Shown: piece after piece, positions 39,843 to 52,129 of the stretch
Numbering within the stretch: the stretch's first letter is position 1
Layout: every line of letters begins with the position of its first letter
Source of the DNA: Tricharina praecox
Lineage: Eukaryota
Direction of reading: 5' to 3'
NCBI RefSeq assembly: GCF_024521635.1
Contig: NW_026250422.1
Coordinates: 372,001 to 436,000 of the forward strand
Length of the DNA: 64,000 bases
The notes under the pieces: model-generated
Told to the model about the DNA's origin: nothing
The model's input: only the letters and a program-made list of their open reading frames with translations
Databases searched by the model: none
Position numbers and translations under genes: made by a program

Positions 39843-39899
39843 AGTAACCACCGTTGGGGGGATTTACTAAAAGTAAACCCGCTCCAAACGGTGGTTACT
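39843..39899 (-). other. Conserved 57-nt 3' stem-loop, copy E
   Basis: Perfect 13-bp outer stem AGTAACCACCGTT/AACGGTGGTTACT, 19 nt after the stop. Confidence 0.8.
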
Positions 39900-39918
39900 G
39901 CTAAAATTGTTTTTTTTT

Positions 39919-40305
39919 CTACATAACGATGCAGTTGAGGCGGCTGCTATTGGCCGTCTGTCTCTCCCCCTCTTTCTTCCCTTCCTTCACCTCCTCCTTC
40001 TGCTGTTTCTTCTCCTTCTGTTGCTCTGATAGCTGCTGTTCCAGCTTCTTCTCATGCTCCGCCTCCTGGCGCACCTCCACCTCCTCCTGCGCCTCCACCT
40101 GGTGCTGCATCTCATCGTGGCGCACCTCCCCCTGTCCCTACTCCTGTCCCTACTCCTATCCCTCCTCCTCCCCGCGGACCTCCTCAAAATCCATCTCCTG
40201 GGGCCACTCACCGCCCTCAACGCGAGCGGGGACGGAGATCTTCATGACCACCACGCCGCGTGGGGCGCGCTTGCGGAGGTTGTAGTTGTGCTTCTGAGGA
40301 GACAT
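39919..40305 (-). pseudogene. CaaX-family copy E: in-frame deletion and three in-frame TAG; tail ANSSRLNCIVM*
   Basis: MSPQKHNYNLRKRAPRGVVVMKIS fusion; TAG at 40156-40158, 40150-40152 and 40138-40140. Confidence 0.8.
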
Positions 40306-40850
40306 CTATGGTAGGTACTCGAGTTAGCACTCGTTATTTGCGAGTGAGTTTATGTGAAAAGACGGATATAGAGTTGTACTCGGTGTAAGGGTAAGTGATG
40401 CCTCACCTTGCGCTCATGATTCGTAATGCTGGTGCGGTACGACTTATTGGCTGTTCCTGGTACTTACTTGAGAGAGTATTCGTCAAAGTTCGATATTCAA
40501 ATTTTATATTGAATTTGGCGTCGAGAGTCTTGTGAGCGTGAGATCTGTATGATGAAAAGGAGAAGAGAAGAAGAGAAGAGAAGTGGGTGGGCGTGGGGGG
40601 GTTTTTGATAGGCGTGTTGATGCCTCAGGCTTGAGATAAGCTTCAATAGGTATCTGAGGCTGGTGAGACTCAATTGCAGATGGTGAGGGAAGGCCTACTA
40701 TAGTAATGGCCTCGCGGGGGCTATTCAATCTCACCGAGCGGCGATACATACCGCTCGCGCCGTCCGGACGTCTGATAAGATCTTCTCACGGATTTCACAG
40801 GACTACCGTACATAGAGGGCCACCATAACGGAGTAAACATCTCCTCCCCA

Positions 40851-40912
40851 AACGGTGGTTACTGCTAAAACTGTTTTTTCTACATAATGATACAACTGCT
40901 GCGGCTGGTGTT
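40851..40912 (-). pseudogene. CaaX-family relic F: tail NTSRSSCIIM* plus half of the hairpin
   Basis: Last 10 codons and stop (40880-40912) followed by one hairpin arm, joined to the upstream region of copy E. Confidence 0.75.
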
Positions 40913-42267
40913 AAACGTAACTAGCCATCGCATCACCCCCTCCCCCTGTCCTTTTCCGCTTCACGGTCAATGCATCCTTGCCCCACCCACCCAAATCTGA
41001 CGGCAAACATCACTGGCGGTGGCAGAGTTCACACACGATCACTCGCACTCGTCGGCCCCCGGTGGAATCCCTAACAATAAGTTGGGTTGGACAGTGGCGT
41101 GGAAACGGGGGGACGCACGGGTAGATTATATTGCCATAATCTAGATAGGTAGCACACAATCAATAAATAAACAAAAAAAGAACAAGTATTGTATTGTTAA
41201 GAGTTCAAAAGCCTCGAGAGAATACAGAAAAAAGAGGTGGTAGGCGGCCAGTGCTTCCCGCCGTGACCGCGTAAGCGACTAAGCAACGAGTGAGATATTA
41301 CAACACCCTCTCCGACGATCGATACGGGACCTACTCCGGAGCCCGGCTCTCCACCCCGACCTCGCCCCGACCGGACCTCGACCTCAACCACGACCAGGCT
41401 TACCCCGGAGTCCGAACTTCGACCTCCTCCGGACCTCGACTTCGACTTCGACTTCGACCTCGCCCGAGACCTACCCCGGAGTCCGGGCCCCGCCAAACAC
41501 CGACCCAGACTGGACCGGGCCCCGATCGACCCCGGCCCGACCGCGCCCGGACCGAGCCCCGCACGCACCGGACCGACTCTGACCGGACTGGATCGCGCCC
41601 GGACCGGCAAACACCGACTCGCCGAGCGAGCGAGCAAACGACTGCTCATGGACCGACAGTCGGGATACGAGTTTACGTGGCCGGATTCGGAGATTGCCCT
41701 CCTGTGCTCACCCGCTTGCCAGCGATGCCGGATGGCTACCGTTTCAACTTCACTTCAGCTTCACGGCGGTAAACAAACAAACACACGCACATACACACAT
41801 ACACACATACACGCACAGCCGAATACGAGTCGGCGAGTTTCGCGGGCAAGCACATCAGACATCAGACATTCCATCACTATCACCATCACATTTTCATCCG
41901 CATCCACATCATTCCTATACATAACCTACACACAGTATACATACAAACAAAACGTAACGTAACAGCCATCATAAAGGATCCTCAAAAAGGGTAGGTAGAA
42001 AAAACATTAGATATTTGCATGCATCATTAACAGTCAACAGTTTACCATGCCGTAACAGTAGGTCAAGTTCAAGCTTGTCAAGTTGAATGTCGCTAAACAA
42101 ATAAACAAATAAAAAGAGTAAAAAAGGTAAAAAGGTAAAAGAAAAGAACAAGCCCCCCGCCACACCCCCCCCCCTCCTCCCCAAACCCCTGGGGTTTTTT
42201 TTAGTCATGCAAGCATACATAATCCATTTCCATTTCCATTTCCATCTATTGCTCCTACTACGGAAGA

Positions 42268-43996
42268 TTACAATTCCCCATGGGGAACCGGGGTAATCAA
42301 TCCCGCAGCCGGCTCCTGTACCGAGCCACCTGGCGCACCAGCTGCGCCTGCAGCGCCAAAGAGGGACTTTAGGAGCTCTCCCCACGCGACGTCGAATCGT
42401 GCGCCCATCAGCCATGCCGCCAAGAACTATTAGGTCGAAGCGTTAGAAACATGAGGTAGTAGGCAGGAATAGAAGAGGATGCGTGCGAACTAACCATCAG
42501 GCCCGAGATGCAGAACAGTGTTGTGACGACCGCGGCCGTGAGCAACATGATCTCCTTCCGCGCTAATGCCTGCTCTTCCGGTGACTCTCCCGGCTGCGGG
42601 GGCTCGGCCACCTTCTGCGGGAAGACATGCTCGATCCATTGTTCCACCTGTAGACGGCGGATTAGTACGATACACGCGGCAGTGAGGGGTGAACACATAA
42701 CGAACCTTTGCGCAAGCGACGCTGATCTTGAGGAAGTTGGGATCCTTGGGGGTATTCTTCTCTTTGATTACCCGCAGGTACTTCCTGAAAATGGCGCACA
42801 CACTTCTAAGATTGCCGACCTCGAGCATAAGCTGGCACGCCTCTCCCTTCGTGATCTTGACGTTCTTCTGGAAGACGTTCTTGTTGCGGAAGACGAGCGC
42901 CAGCGTCGCGATGGCCATGACCTGCGGGATAGCCGCAAAGTTGAATACGCTTCGCTCCTTGATACCGGCAAGGTAGAAGAGACAGTCGTCGGCGTGTCTT
43001 AGGGCGTCGAGGACCATCTCGCTGATGCAGTTGAGCGCCGCCTCCTCGTTCTCGACCTTCGCAAAGTCCGAGAACTTGTCCAGATGCTTCGACCAGATCT
43101 CCTTGGGCCAGAACGCGCGCCCGTCGTTGAGATCCTCGCGGTAGTCGCGGATGATGTTGGTCTTCTGCAGGAACAGGCCCATTGAGTTGGAGAGGTCGCC
43201 CTTCTCCAGCAGCACCGGGTTCGCCTTGTCCGACGACACGAACAGCCGCGTCAAACCCTCGCCCACGAGTCCCGCGACGTAGTGGCAGTACAGGTCGTAA
43301 TCGGCAATCGTCTTGACGCCGTTGACATTGTGCTCCTCGTCGCCGGCATAGTCTGCCATTCCATTGCCCATCTTCTTCGTGATATCCCTGATGATGTCCT
43401 TGTGGACGTCTGGGATCTTTGCGAACTCGGCGATGACGACATTGAACTCTACGAGGAGGGGGCGATCCTTCTCGTTGGGGCCGTTGCCATTGAAGGTCCA
43501 GCCCTCCTGGTCAAGCACCTTATCGAAGTCGCGTAGCAGCGGCTCCTTGACCGCGAACGGAATCGTCATGTCGTCCTCGATGGTGTCGAGCCCCCGCAGG
43601 ATCAGGTAGAACAGCGACACTGACACGCACAGCTCCGGACACAACTCTTGGATCACCGCGCTGAACGACCGGGACGTCATGTCCAGGAAATCGAAGCAGC
43701 GACGCAGCTCGGGGGTCTCGTTCGCCGGATTCCGCTCGTGAAGTGGGTTGTGCCATACTTTCCTGGTCACAGCGAAACAGGCGCGTTAGCAGGCGCTCAA
43801 CTCACACGTTCGGGAGGGGGGATGTGAGGGGGTAGTCTTTGTTTCGTTTGTTTGAGTTTGGGAAACGACGTGTCGTTGCACCGTCGCCACTGGGTTTGGA
43901 AAAGGGGGATGGGAAGGAACAGGAGTGGTACCATTGTATGATCGACCTCAATTGACTCGGGTGGAAGGTGTAGTAGACGAGATCGGTGGCCTTCAT
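42268..43996 (-). CDS. ERG9: Squalene synthase; introns 43763-43931, 42648-42705, 42427-42494
   Basis: [37 protein letters not shown] and FAAIPQVMA motifs; C-terminal TM segment; ends HGEL. Confidence 0.97.
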
Positions 43997-44827
43997 GATT
44001 GCGGAGGAGGATGTTGTTGGTGGTTGGAGATCTCGGGAGAAGGAGAGGGTTGGGTGCGTATAAGAAGAGGTTGTCGAGGATGTGAGGACGGAAAGTTGAA
44101 GAAGCGTATGTAGCTCATTTCTTTGCTTCGTAAAGGAGCGACGCGAATCAGGTAAGGCGGCAGCGCTAGATAGCCCCCACGGCTCGGACTATTCCCAGTA
44201 AGCTGTGGAGTACTTGGTTACTGTACTTAGGCAAATTGTAGACCTTGCGAGATGTATGTAACCAAGTACCTAGCAGTGAGAGCTGGACACCGTGGAAACA
44301 AAGTGGGTAGTTACGGTATTTGTTTACTTGGTTATCGCACGGCGAGGTAATGAAGCCAAAGTGTGAAGAAGCCTTCAGATTTCGGCGGAGAACTGGGCTT
44401 TGATTACTACAGAAGGGATGGAGAGGCGTCTCCGGAGTAGGTTAAGAGCATCTTGCTGAGATGGAGGCTATGTACTCCAGGTAATACCCGGATTCCATGC
44501 AGCTCAGTGGGAAAGCCAAAGCATCACGCCCACCGGTACACCGGTACATAGGCGCCATGCACACCACCATGGAATCTCTACATCTACCCGGATCCCCCAC
44601 AAATTCAAAAAGAGTGTGAGTACTTGCTATGTAGATAACCAAGTACTTGGGTGGGTATCGGTACGAGGGAATCAACCCCATAGGACAGCCAGTACAAAAG
44701 CCAAGCGAGTTGACAGGTGACTACACAAAAAACACAGTGGTATCAAATATTATACAGTCGGCAAAAACAATACCCGCTAACATGAATCATCACAAGACAG
44801 ACAAGTAGTCATCCGAAATAATCGGCC

Positions 44828-46158
44828 CTATGCAGCTGTCGGCCAACCCTCAATCTGAAACTCGACCACAATGTCTTGATCCTTCGCATCGAGCGGCCGT
44901 GCCTCACGGTTGTACAGCGTTCTCTCGACATATTTAAGCCGGCCACTGTTGTCGACCAAGATCACCGTCTGCTGTGCGGTTCCATAAAGCCGTGGGGATT
45001 TCCTCCATTTCGTGAGGTCCTCCTCGCTCATCGATGGAACCAGTGGCGTCACCGGCGATTCACAGCAGAGATGGTCCAACCGCGTGGACCCAGCACCCGT
45101 GTCGACGACCGTGCTTCGGAGATTTTCCGGCCGGCCGGAAGCGATATCTTCGGGGTGGGGTGGTAGCTGTTCTTCCGGTATATCCGGGGTCTGTGCTCGG
45201 TGTCCGTGGGGAGTGGTGGCATGTTCCGCTGCGGCGTCGAAAGGTGGGATGAAAATCGAGAGCTCGAGGGCATTCATCTCGATTTCGTACGTGTCGTCAT
45301 TGCTGATCAGCGGTAAGGTGTTGTGGCTCAGAACGGCGAAGCATCTCTTGAGGAACTCATCCTCCGACACGCCCCCCTCCTCCTCCACCGACACCTGTAT
45401 CGTTTCCTCGAGTAGCTGCTCCCCGAGCTTCACCTTCTGCCATGGGCTGTCGAACAGAGAATTGCTCAGGCCTCTGGTCTCACCCTTCTTCTCGCCGATC
45501 CAATGGGCCGTGGACTCGACTCCGTCGTCACGGTAAGGTGTCCGATTGGAGATGATGGCCAGCCCTTCCAGGTTCTCGCCCTTCGGTCTCAGCAAGCCGC
45601 ACATCATCGAGAATCCACCGACGCCCTTCATCTCGCCGGTGTCGAGAACCTTCCGGAGCCAGACACTCGTTGGGGTATCGACGGGATCCGGCGAGGCCAA
45701 GAACGACGTGATCATTGCCCCCCGCGACTTCTCGCCAATCGCCAGTGCCGACGATGCTTCACGGTAGTTGGTCAAGATCGCCAGACGGCCCTCCTTGGAG
45801 ACTCCTAGCCAGGTGCCTATGTTGAGAACAATCAACGGTCAGTGCTTCGCTCCTCCGGAGAAGTGTACGGCGAGTTCAATCGGGGGGAGGGGGGCTCACC
45901 TTTCTCGGGTCTGGCAAGGTCTCGTCCGGAGAATAGGTTCTCGTGTGGAGGATCCCAGAACGCGGCGCGCAGAGTTGGCCGGTGCAGGAACTCCTACATT
46001 ACAGGTTCGCGTCAGCAACTCGAACAACGAGGCTCATGCAAGCTGCGTGGCCATTATCCCCCGAGAAAAGGCAGGGAAGAAGAAGAACTTACATCTCTGT
46101 TGGAGAGGAGGATGAGAGGATAGTCGGGATGAGCGGTAGAGACTAGAAATATACACAT
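44828..46158 (-). CDS. NRDE/TANGO2 family protein; introns 45994-46092 and 45817-45899
   Basis: Spliced N-terminus MCIFLVSTAHPDYPLILLSNRDEFLHRPT; GTWLG, LTNYRE, SRG, GLSNS and YGT motifs. Confidence 0.92.
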
Positions 46159-48366
46159 TGCGTTTGTTGATAGTTGGCGCTTTTGATGGGAGATCGGTAG
46201 GGTGTATGGGTAGGTAGGTGGCAGGTAGGCGTGACGGAGTGTAGGTATAGGTATAGGCAGTTAGTAGGATGCGCGGGATCAATCAGCATCTCAGGCTCCA
46301 ATTGCACTTAAATACTTCCCCTCTATGGAATGCAGCAAGCAGCAGCTGCGGCCAACGCACCGCCAGCCCCAAGCTCGGGTCATAGACCTGGCTTCATCGG
46401 CAGCTGCTGCTGGGAGAGGGAGCAGCAAGCCACTGACTCGAGTATCGGCGGTATTCGCCGCTCCTGTTTCTACCACCGGAACACCCGATGCCGTATGTGT
46501 AGGCAAGAAAGTGGTACGTTGTGAATGTTTCCGTTCCTTCGTATGCTCTCCCCGCCACCGAGAGCGGCGCATCGGCCATCCATGGCTGACGGGTGGGGTG
46601 AGGTGGTTTAAGGCTCGAAGATCCATGATCGACGCCTCTCTTGCTGCGGTAACCAACCTCGGTTCGCTAGCAGTTGCCAAATTTCAAAAAGGAAACAAGC
46701 GGGGAAAAAGAAAATTGTAATAGCCCCACGGACCAAAGACACGTCCCACGACATGCGCAATATCCCATGGGTGGGCACGGGTCAGGACAGGGACCGCGAT
46801 CTATTTGGTTTCTTCTCCGGAATCGGGCCGGCAGATCTTGAAGAACTCTGTTTATCGAGATGGCCCGTGCCTGTGTTTCTGCCAGCTGTCTAGCTACCGG
46901 TAGATATGTACATATTTGCTGTCGACCGTTGGGATGTTTTTGGATGGCCGAGGCCAGTTCCCCATTACGATTATCAAGAGGAACCATTATGGCTGAGGAT
47001 GTGCCTGTCACTACTGGTTTCAGAAACGGGGGTAGGTGGGGGCGTGACCGTGGGGAGAGGCATATGTATGTCGGGTATGTAGGAAGAGGAGGTGTCGTTC
47101 GAGATGCAGCGGCGAGGGGAAGAAAAGATTGCGGCTTCAGGCTGTCTCCGAAACGATCTTGGCCTGGACCCATGACAGCCATCGATCGGAAACGGGGTTC
47201 ACGACGCTGCCTTCCTCCTGTCTGCAGAACGATTGCATCGTGGTCTTGGTCGTGGTGGTCGTGGTGGTCGTGGTCATGGTCGTCCTCGAGCTCGAGCCCA
47301 AGCCCAAGCTCCTGCTCGGACGAGTGCTTAGGAGAACGGCTTTACACGGTTTGGCCGCGTGTGCCGGCGATTATCCACCGGGCGGGGCACCACCCACCGC
47401 AGCAGCAGAATGGAGTCTGATGCGTCCATGGCCAACCATCCAGGGGCCAACCAGTGAAGCCCAGGACGCAAGCGGGGCAAACAACAGCAGCAACGACAAC
47501 AGCATTAACAACAACGCAACGGCGGTGGCGGCTGTCGACGTCTGTGCCAGTGCCATGTGGGTCACTTGAGAAGGAGTGGGGCTTATTTGGCCCACGTCAC
47601 GGGTGCTCACTGCTGCCGTACGAGTAAGCGTGAAGTATGTCGGTTGTGGGTGAGGAAGTATCCACAGCAACTAAGGGCCTCGATGGTCCTCTGAAGTCAT
47701 CAGTCGATGCTGGCCCGTCGTTACGACCGACCGACCATCCCGCTTTCTAGAGTAGACGTGCATCATGCAAGTGAGCGTAGATTTGTAGCGTGCCCCTCCG
47801 CAGAAACGATGGAAAAGAAAAGAAAAAATGTAACGAAGCACAAACTCACAATCGAGAGCTTGAGCCCCTCCCACCACCCCGCTCAACGTTGGCAGGGACA
47901 CGCACATTATACATCTAGAGCTTGAGCGGGAATAGGTAGTCCTTGCGTGAGAGACTTTCCTCCTCCTCCTCTTCTTGTCCTTATTTCCTCTTCCTTTGCT
48001 TCCTCTCCTCCTCACCTCCTCTCCTTCCTTTCTTCATCTCCCCTTTCCATCTCAATCCATCATCAGTAGCTATCCTTCGCGGGAACTCCTACCATACACT
48101 CTACCCTACACCTGACAGCCGGACAGAGACAACCTTCTAGATCTCACTCCCCCCCCAGTCACCTGCGCCACTACCCCCCCACCCCGCCTTAAAACCATAA
48201 GCTCCACCGCAACAAAGCTCCCAGCTCTACCTCAGTAGCTCCTTCCTTCCGCCTTATCAGCCACCTCGCCCCCTCGTAGCATCATACCGAACTCCCCTCA
48301 GTAATCGGACTCGCCGAATCACTCCACTCTCCATCAAAATCCCATCACTCCATCATCGTCATCACC

Positions 48367-49500
48367 ATGTTCGATCTGTTCGCTAAGCTCCTCTGGTAAG
48401 CCCATTCTCAGTCGTCGTGGAGCGCGCACACACGCGGTTTGCTCTTTTCCGGAGCTTCAGCGTCGGTGACCGAGAGAGAAATTCTAACACTGCCCGTCTA
48501 CACAGTTCCGTCGCGACCTTTGCATTCCCCATCTTTGCGTCCTACAAAGCCCTCAAAGCGAACGACCCGGCCCAGCTGACGCCATGGCTGATGTACTGGG
48601 TGGTGCTCGCCTGCGTTCTCTGCGTTGAGTCGTGGGTAGGCTGGGCCATCTCTTGGTTCGTCCTCTCTCTCTCTCTCCCCTCTTCCCTGAACTCACCGTA
48701 TCTCGCGTTTCCACAGGTTTCCCTTCTACCAAGACGTCCGCGCCTGCTTCATGCTTTGGCTCGTCCTGCCGCAGACCCAGGGCGCGACTAAGCTCTACTT
48801 CGAATACGTGCACCCGACCCTGACCAAGCACGAAGGCGATATCGAAGAGTTCATCTCGCGCGTGCACGACCAAGCGAAGGCCGTCGGCGCCGAATACATC
48901 CAGCGGATGATCGAAGTCGCGAAGCAGGTCATCTTCGGTGGGCTCCCCCACGCCGAGGCGATGGACCAGCGCCCATCCACCCCGATGCCGCACGACGCGG
49001 CCGGCTACGCTCAGGCCCTCTTCTCCCGCTGGCGCGTGCCGCCCCTTACCCCCTACGCCCCGCAGATGGCCACGGACTTCTACGCGTTCCTCTCTACTGC
49101 GCTGCAGCAGGCGCCCGGTACCTCGGGCCCCGGCGGCAGACCGGGCAATGGCAATTTGATCCCGCCGCATGTCAAGGGCACCGCTGAGAAGGCGCGGTTC
49201 ATCGAGCTGCAGAGGCAGCGCCTCAAGACGGTGATGGCCGCGCTGGAGAGCGAGATGGATACCCTGCAGGCCTCGCAGACGAGTGCCGCCGGAGGCGTTG
49301 ACACTGCTGCTGCCAGTGCTGACGGTGGCTTGCACAAGAGCTACAGCATGGGACATCTTTCCGCCTACGAGGGAGACTTCGATCATGTCGACAGGGAGGA
49401 CGCCGCGGTCCCGCCTATCAATCCCGCTGGCGGTTGGTTGTTTGGTTGGGGCACGAAGCCTCAAGATCAGGAGCAACAGGAGAAGGCGCACTCCGAGTAG
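48367..49500 (+). CDS. HVA22/TB2-DP1 (REEP-like) membrane-shaping protein; introns 48396-48505 and 48656-48716
   Basis: FPIFASYKALK, WLMYWVV, WFPFY and LWLVLPQTQGA motifs. Confidence 0.92.
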
Positions 49501-51066
49501 AGCTTCGGAAGTGATGCCTCGTCTGAGGAGCGTGATGGGGTCGCAGTCGGGGTTGGGATTTCATGATAACAGTGGCAGTGCTAGTGAACTTTGTTTTTTG
49601 TTTGTTTTCATTATTCTTTCTTAGACAGGCGAAGGGAGGGTATTCGGACTGGCAGGAACGCTAAAAGAAGGTATTGAGACAGATGATGCTCCTCCCTCCC
49701 GCATGCATGCATTGCGAGGCTGAGCGAGCGTTGTTTCGCGCTCCTTTCTTAATGTTTCCGATCAGTTGTCGTTTTTACTTTCCGTTCCTTTCTGTCAAGT
49801 CCGGTTTACTTCAGTGGGGGAGATGGGTGGTTTCACTCAGCGTTGTAGGTAGTTGAATGAGCGGTCATTTGAGGATTTGAGGATTAAAAATTGGAGGCGA
49901 TATATATCTCGTGGCTCGTGTTCGTAAGAACCGTAAGAACCCGTGTGCTGTGTGCAAACTAGTGTGCAGAGAACTCACTCGTGAGTCGTGAGGGGCATGT
50001 GTAATGCAGGGCCCCAACCCCCTGCCTGGATGTTGATACCTGCTGTAGGAGGCATGTATGTAGGGGGAATGAAATGAGGGGCATCAAAGGAGGGGCAAGT
50101 TGCGAGTTGAGGATGCTGACCAATGACGTCGGCGTCGACGGAGAGGGACGGGGTTGCAGTTGCGGTTAAGATCTCGTGTTACCGCGTGAGCTGGAGCCGG
50201 GGGGAAGGGAGGGGGGTGATGGGGGGCGAGGGGGTGGGGAGTGGGTGGGGAGTGGGGCACGTGTAGCGGGGGTTGTAGGCGGATCGCGGATGGAGAGGAG
50301 CAGGTGAGGAGCGGGTGTTTCACTGCGGATCCGAGGAGCGAACGGGGAGGAAAGGAGGGGGGGCGGCGAGTGACGAGCGTGAAGTGTGGTCATGGATCTC
50401 ACTCGGCGGACACCACCCACCCGCCGGAAACTCTCTGCTAACTTGCTAAGTACTTGGACCCCCGCCAAAGACAAAGACAAAGACCGCCCCCGGTGGGCAA
50501 GTACGTACTTACCGGTACTTGTTGCCCGAAAACCCCCATCATCGAACCGCCGCCGTCCCACCTCCACCCCCGGATGTACGCTGGTAGTCAGTTAGCGAGC
50601 CATGGCGGCAGCGGCGATTAATAGCGCCTGCAGGCTGCTCGCACCGCTCACGAGTCACGACATCCGCAGCCCGTAGGCCGTGGCTAGGGAACTAGTGGTT
50701 TTCGCTCTCGGTGAGAGAGGCCCCACGCTCCGGAGGCAGCTGCAAGTCCCGGTAGTGGCTACGGGGTCGGTGCTCCGGGTCCGATCCATCATCCCGCCAA
50801 AGAAGCCGTGGATCGGACTCTTCCCGCGGGGGACCACGGTGTGGGAATACTCGGAGCCCGAGGTGTCTTACATAGTCCCCCGACCCGGCCGGGGAGGACG
50901 GGGCCAACGACTTTCACCAACCTTCGGCCTACCGGTATAGACAACCGTTCCGATTTTCGGTATTCGGGCCCGTGACTCTCCCCTCCCGCACATCTCCCTT
51001 TTCCTCCTCCCCACAACCCTCAAAAAAAAAGAAGCAACAATGCCAACAACAAAACAAAAAATTGAA

Positions 51067-51158
51067 TGATTCAGCCGGGATTTGAACCCGGGTCGGGCGC
51101 AGAATGCTCATGCTAGATGCAATGGCAAGCGCCCATGATACCCCTACACTACTGAGTC
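51067..51158 (-). tRNA. tRNA with GCC (Gly) anticodon, 21-nt intron, atypical acceptor stem
   Basis: Same cloverleaf as 16101-16192; acceptor GACTCAG/CTGAATC. Confidence 0.9.
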
Positions 51159-51230
51159 GATTGATGAAATATGATTCCCCGCGGCGCCTATGTTAGACTA
51201 GATTACACTCGGAGCAGAGGTGTCTTGACC

Positions 51231-51808
51231 CAGTGCCTCCGATAATCCAGTCTAGTCCAGTTCGTTTTTCATCAAAAGTCAGATTGGACTGGGCAATCTG
51301 CGCAACCGGTATCATAGGGCTGGACGGACTGCAGTCGACTGAATGGACTGGTACCTACTTTGAATGGAAAATGTTCGAAATCAGTAATGAACTTTTTGTA
51401 CACGTCTATACCTAGTTCAGCCATTGCAGATCCTTCTCGCACTGTGCGTTGAGCATAACTAGTCTCCATCTTTTCGATATCGCCATTTGTAGCAGCTGCA
51501 AGACCATCGGGTTGCTGTTGTATGTAAGTGACTTTGATGCCGAAGTTGATACCTAGGCGCACTCGAAGGAAGGATACCGGAACAGGAGGGTTGTCTGGCT
51601 CTGCAACGTGGGTGGAGGGATGTGTTGAAACCATAGTGAAGTAAGGTAAGAAAGTTCAGAGAGTGGCAGTCTGTCAGTCGACTGTAATCCGAGGTAGCAA
51701 AATTTTGGGACGGATCGTTCTCCAATTTTATGGACTACATAGACTACCTAGACTAATGCAGTCCGTCCAGTCCGGAGGGCAGTCTGGACTGCGCTATCAG
51801 GAGCACTG
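51231..51808. mobile_element. Degenerate TIR element (CAGTG ends, GGACTG/CAGTCC subterminal repeats)
   Basis: CAGTGCCTCCGATA versus TATCAGGAGCACTG; internal 14-bp inverted pair CTGGACGGACTGCA/TGCAGTCCGTCCAG; no TSD seen. Confidence 0.55.
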
Positions 51809-52129
51809 CCCACGACCGCTGGGCACCATTAGGGAGGTTCTGTAGATGAAGTGCGCACTTGAGCTGCACTTCAGCCCGTTCTGAATGAGGATTAGTGGGT
51901 GCAGCGTGAAAGGGAGGTTTTGCTGACTGCCATGATCTTGCACCCGGGTTAGTCATGTCGCGCAACACCATCACCAAGATTGTTCGACTCGACCTTGCCC
52001 CGCCGCCGATGCCGTGTCGCTCAACCCCATCACCATGGAACCGAGTTACACCTCCACGAAAAAGAAGCAACAATGAGATCAGAGCTAACAAGGAGAACGG
52101 CAAAAGAAAAGGCAAAACAAAATGACAAG

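Noticed and set aside
37403..43996. GMC oxidoreductase plus squalene synthase as a biosynthetic cluster
   Set aside because: The squalene synthase looks like housekeeping ERG9 and no other tailoring or backbone genes are adjacent.
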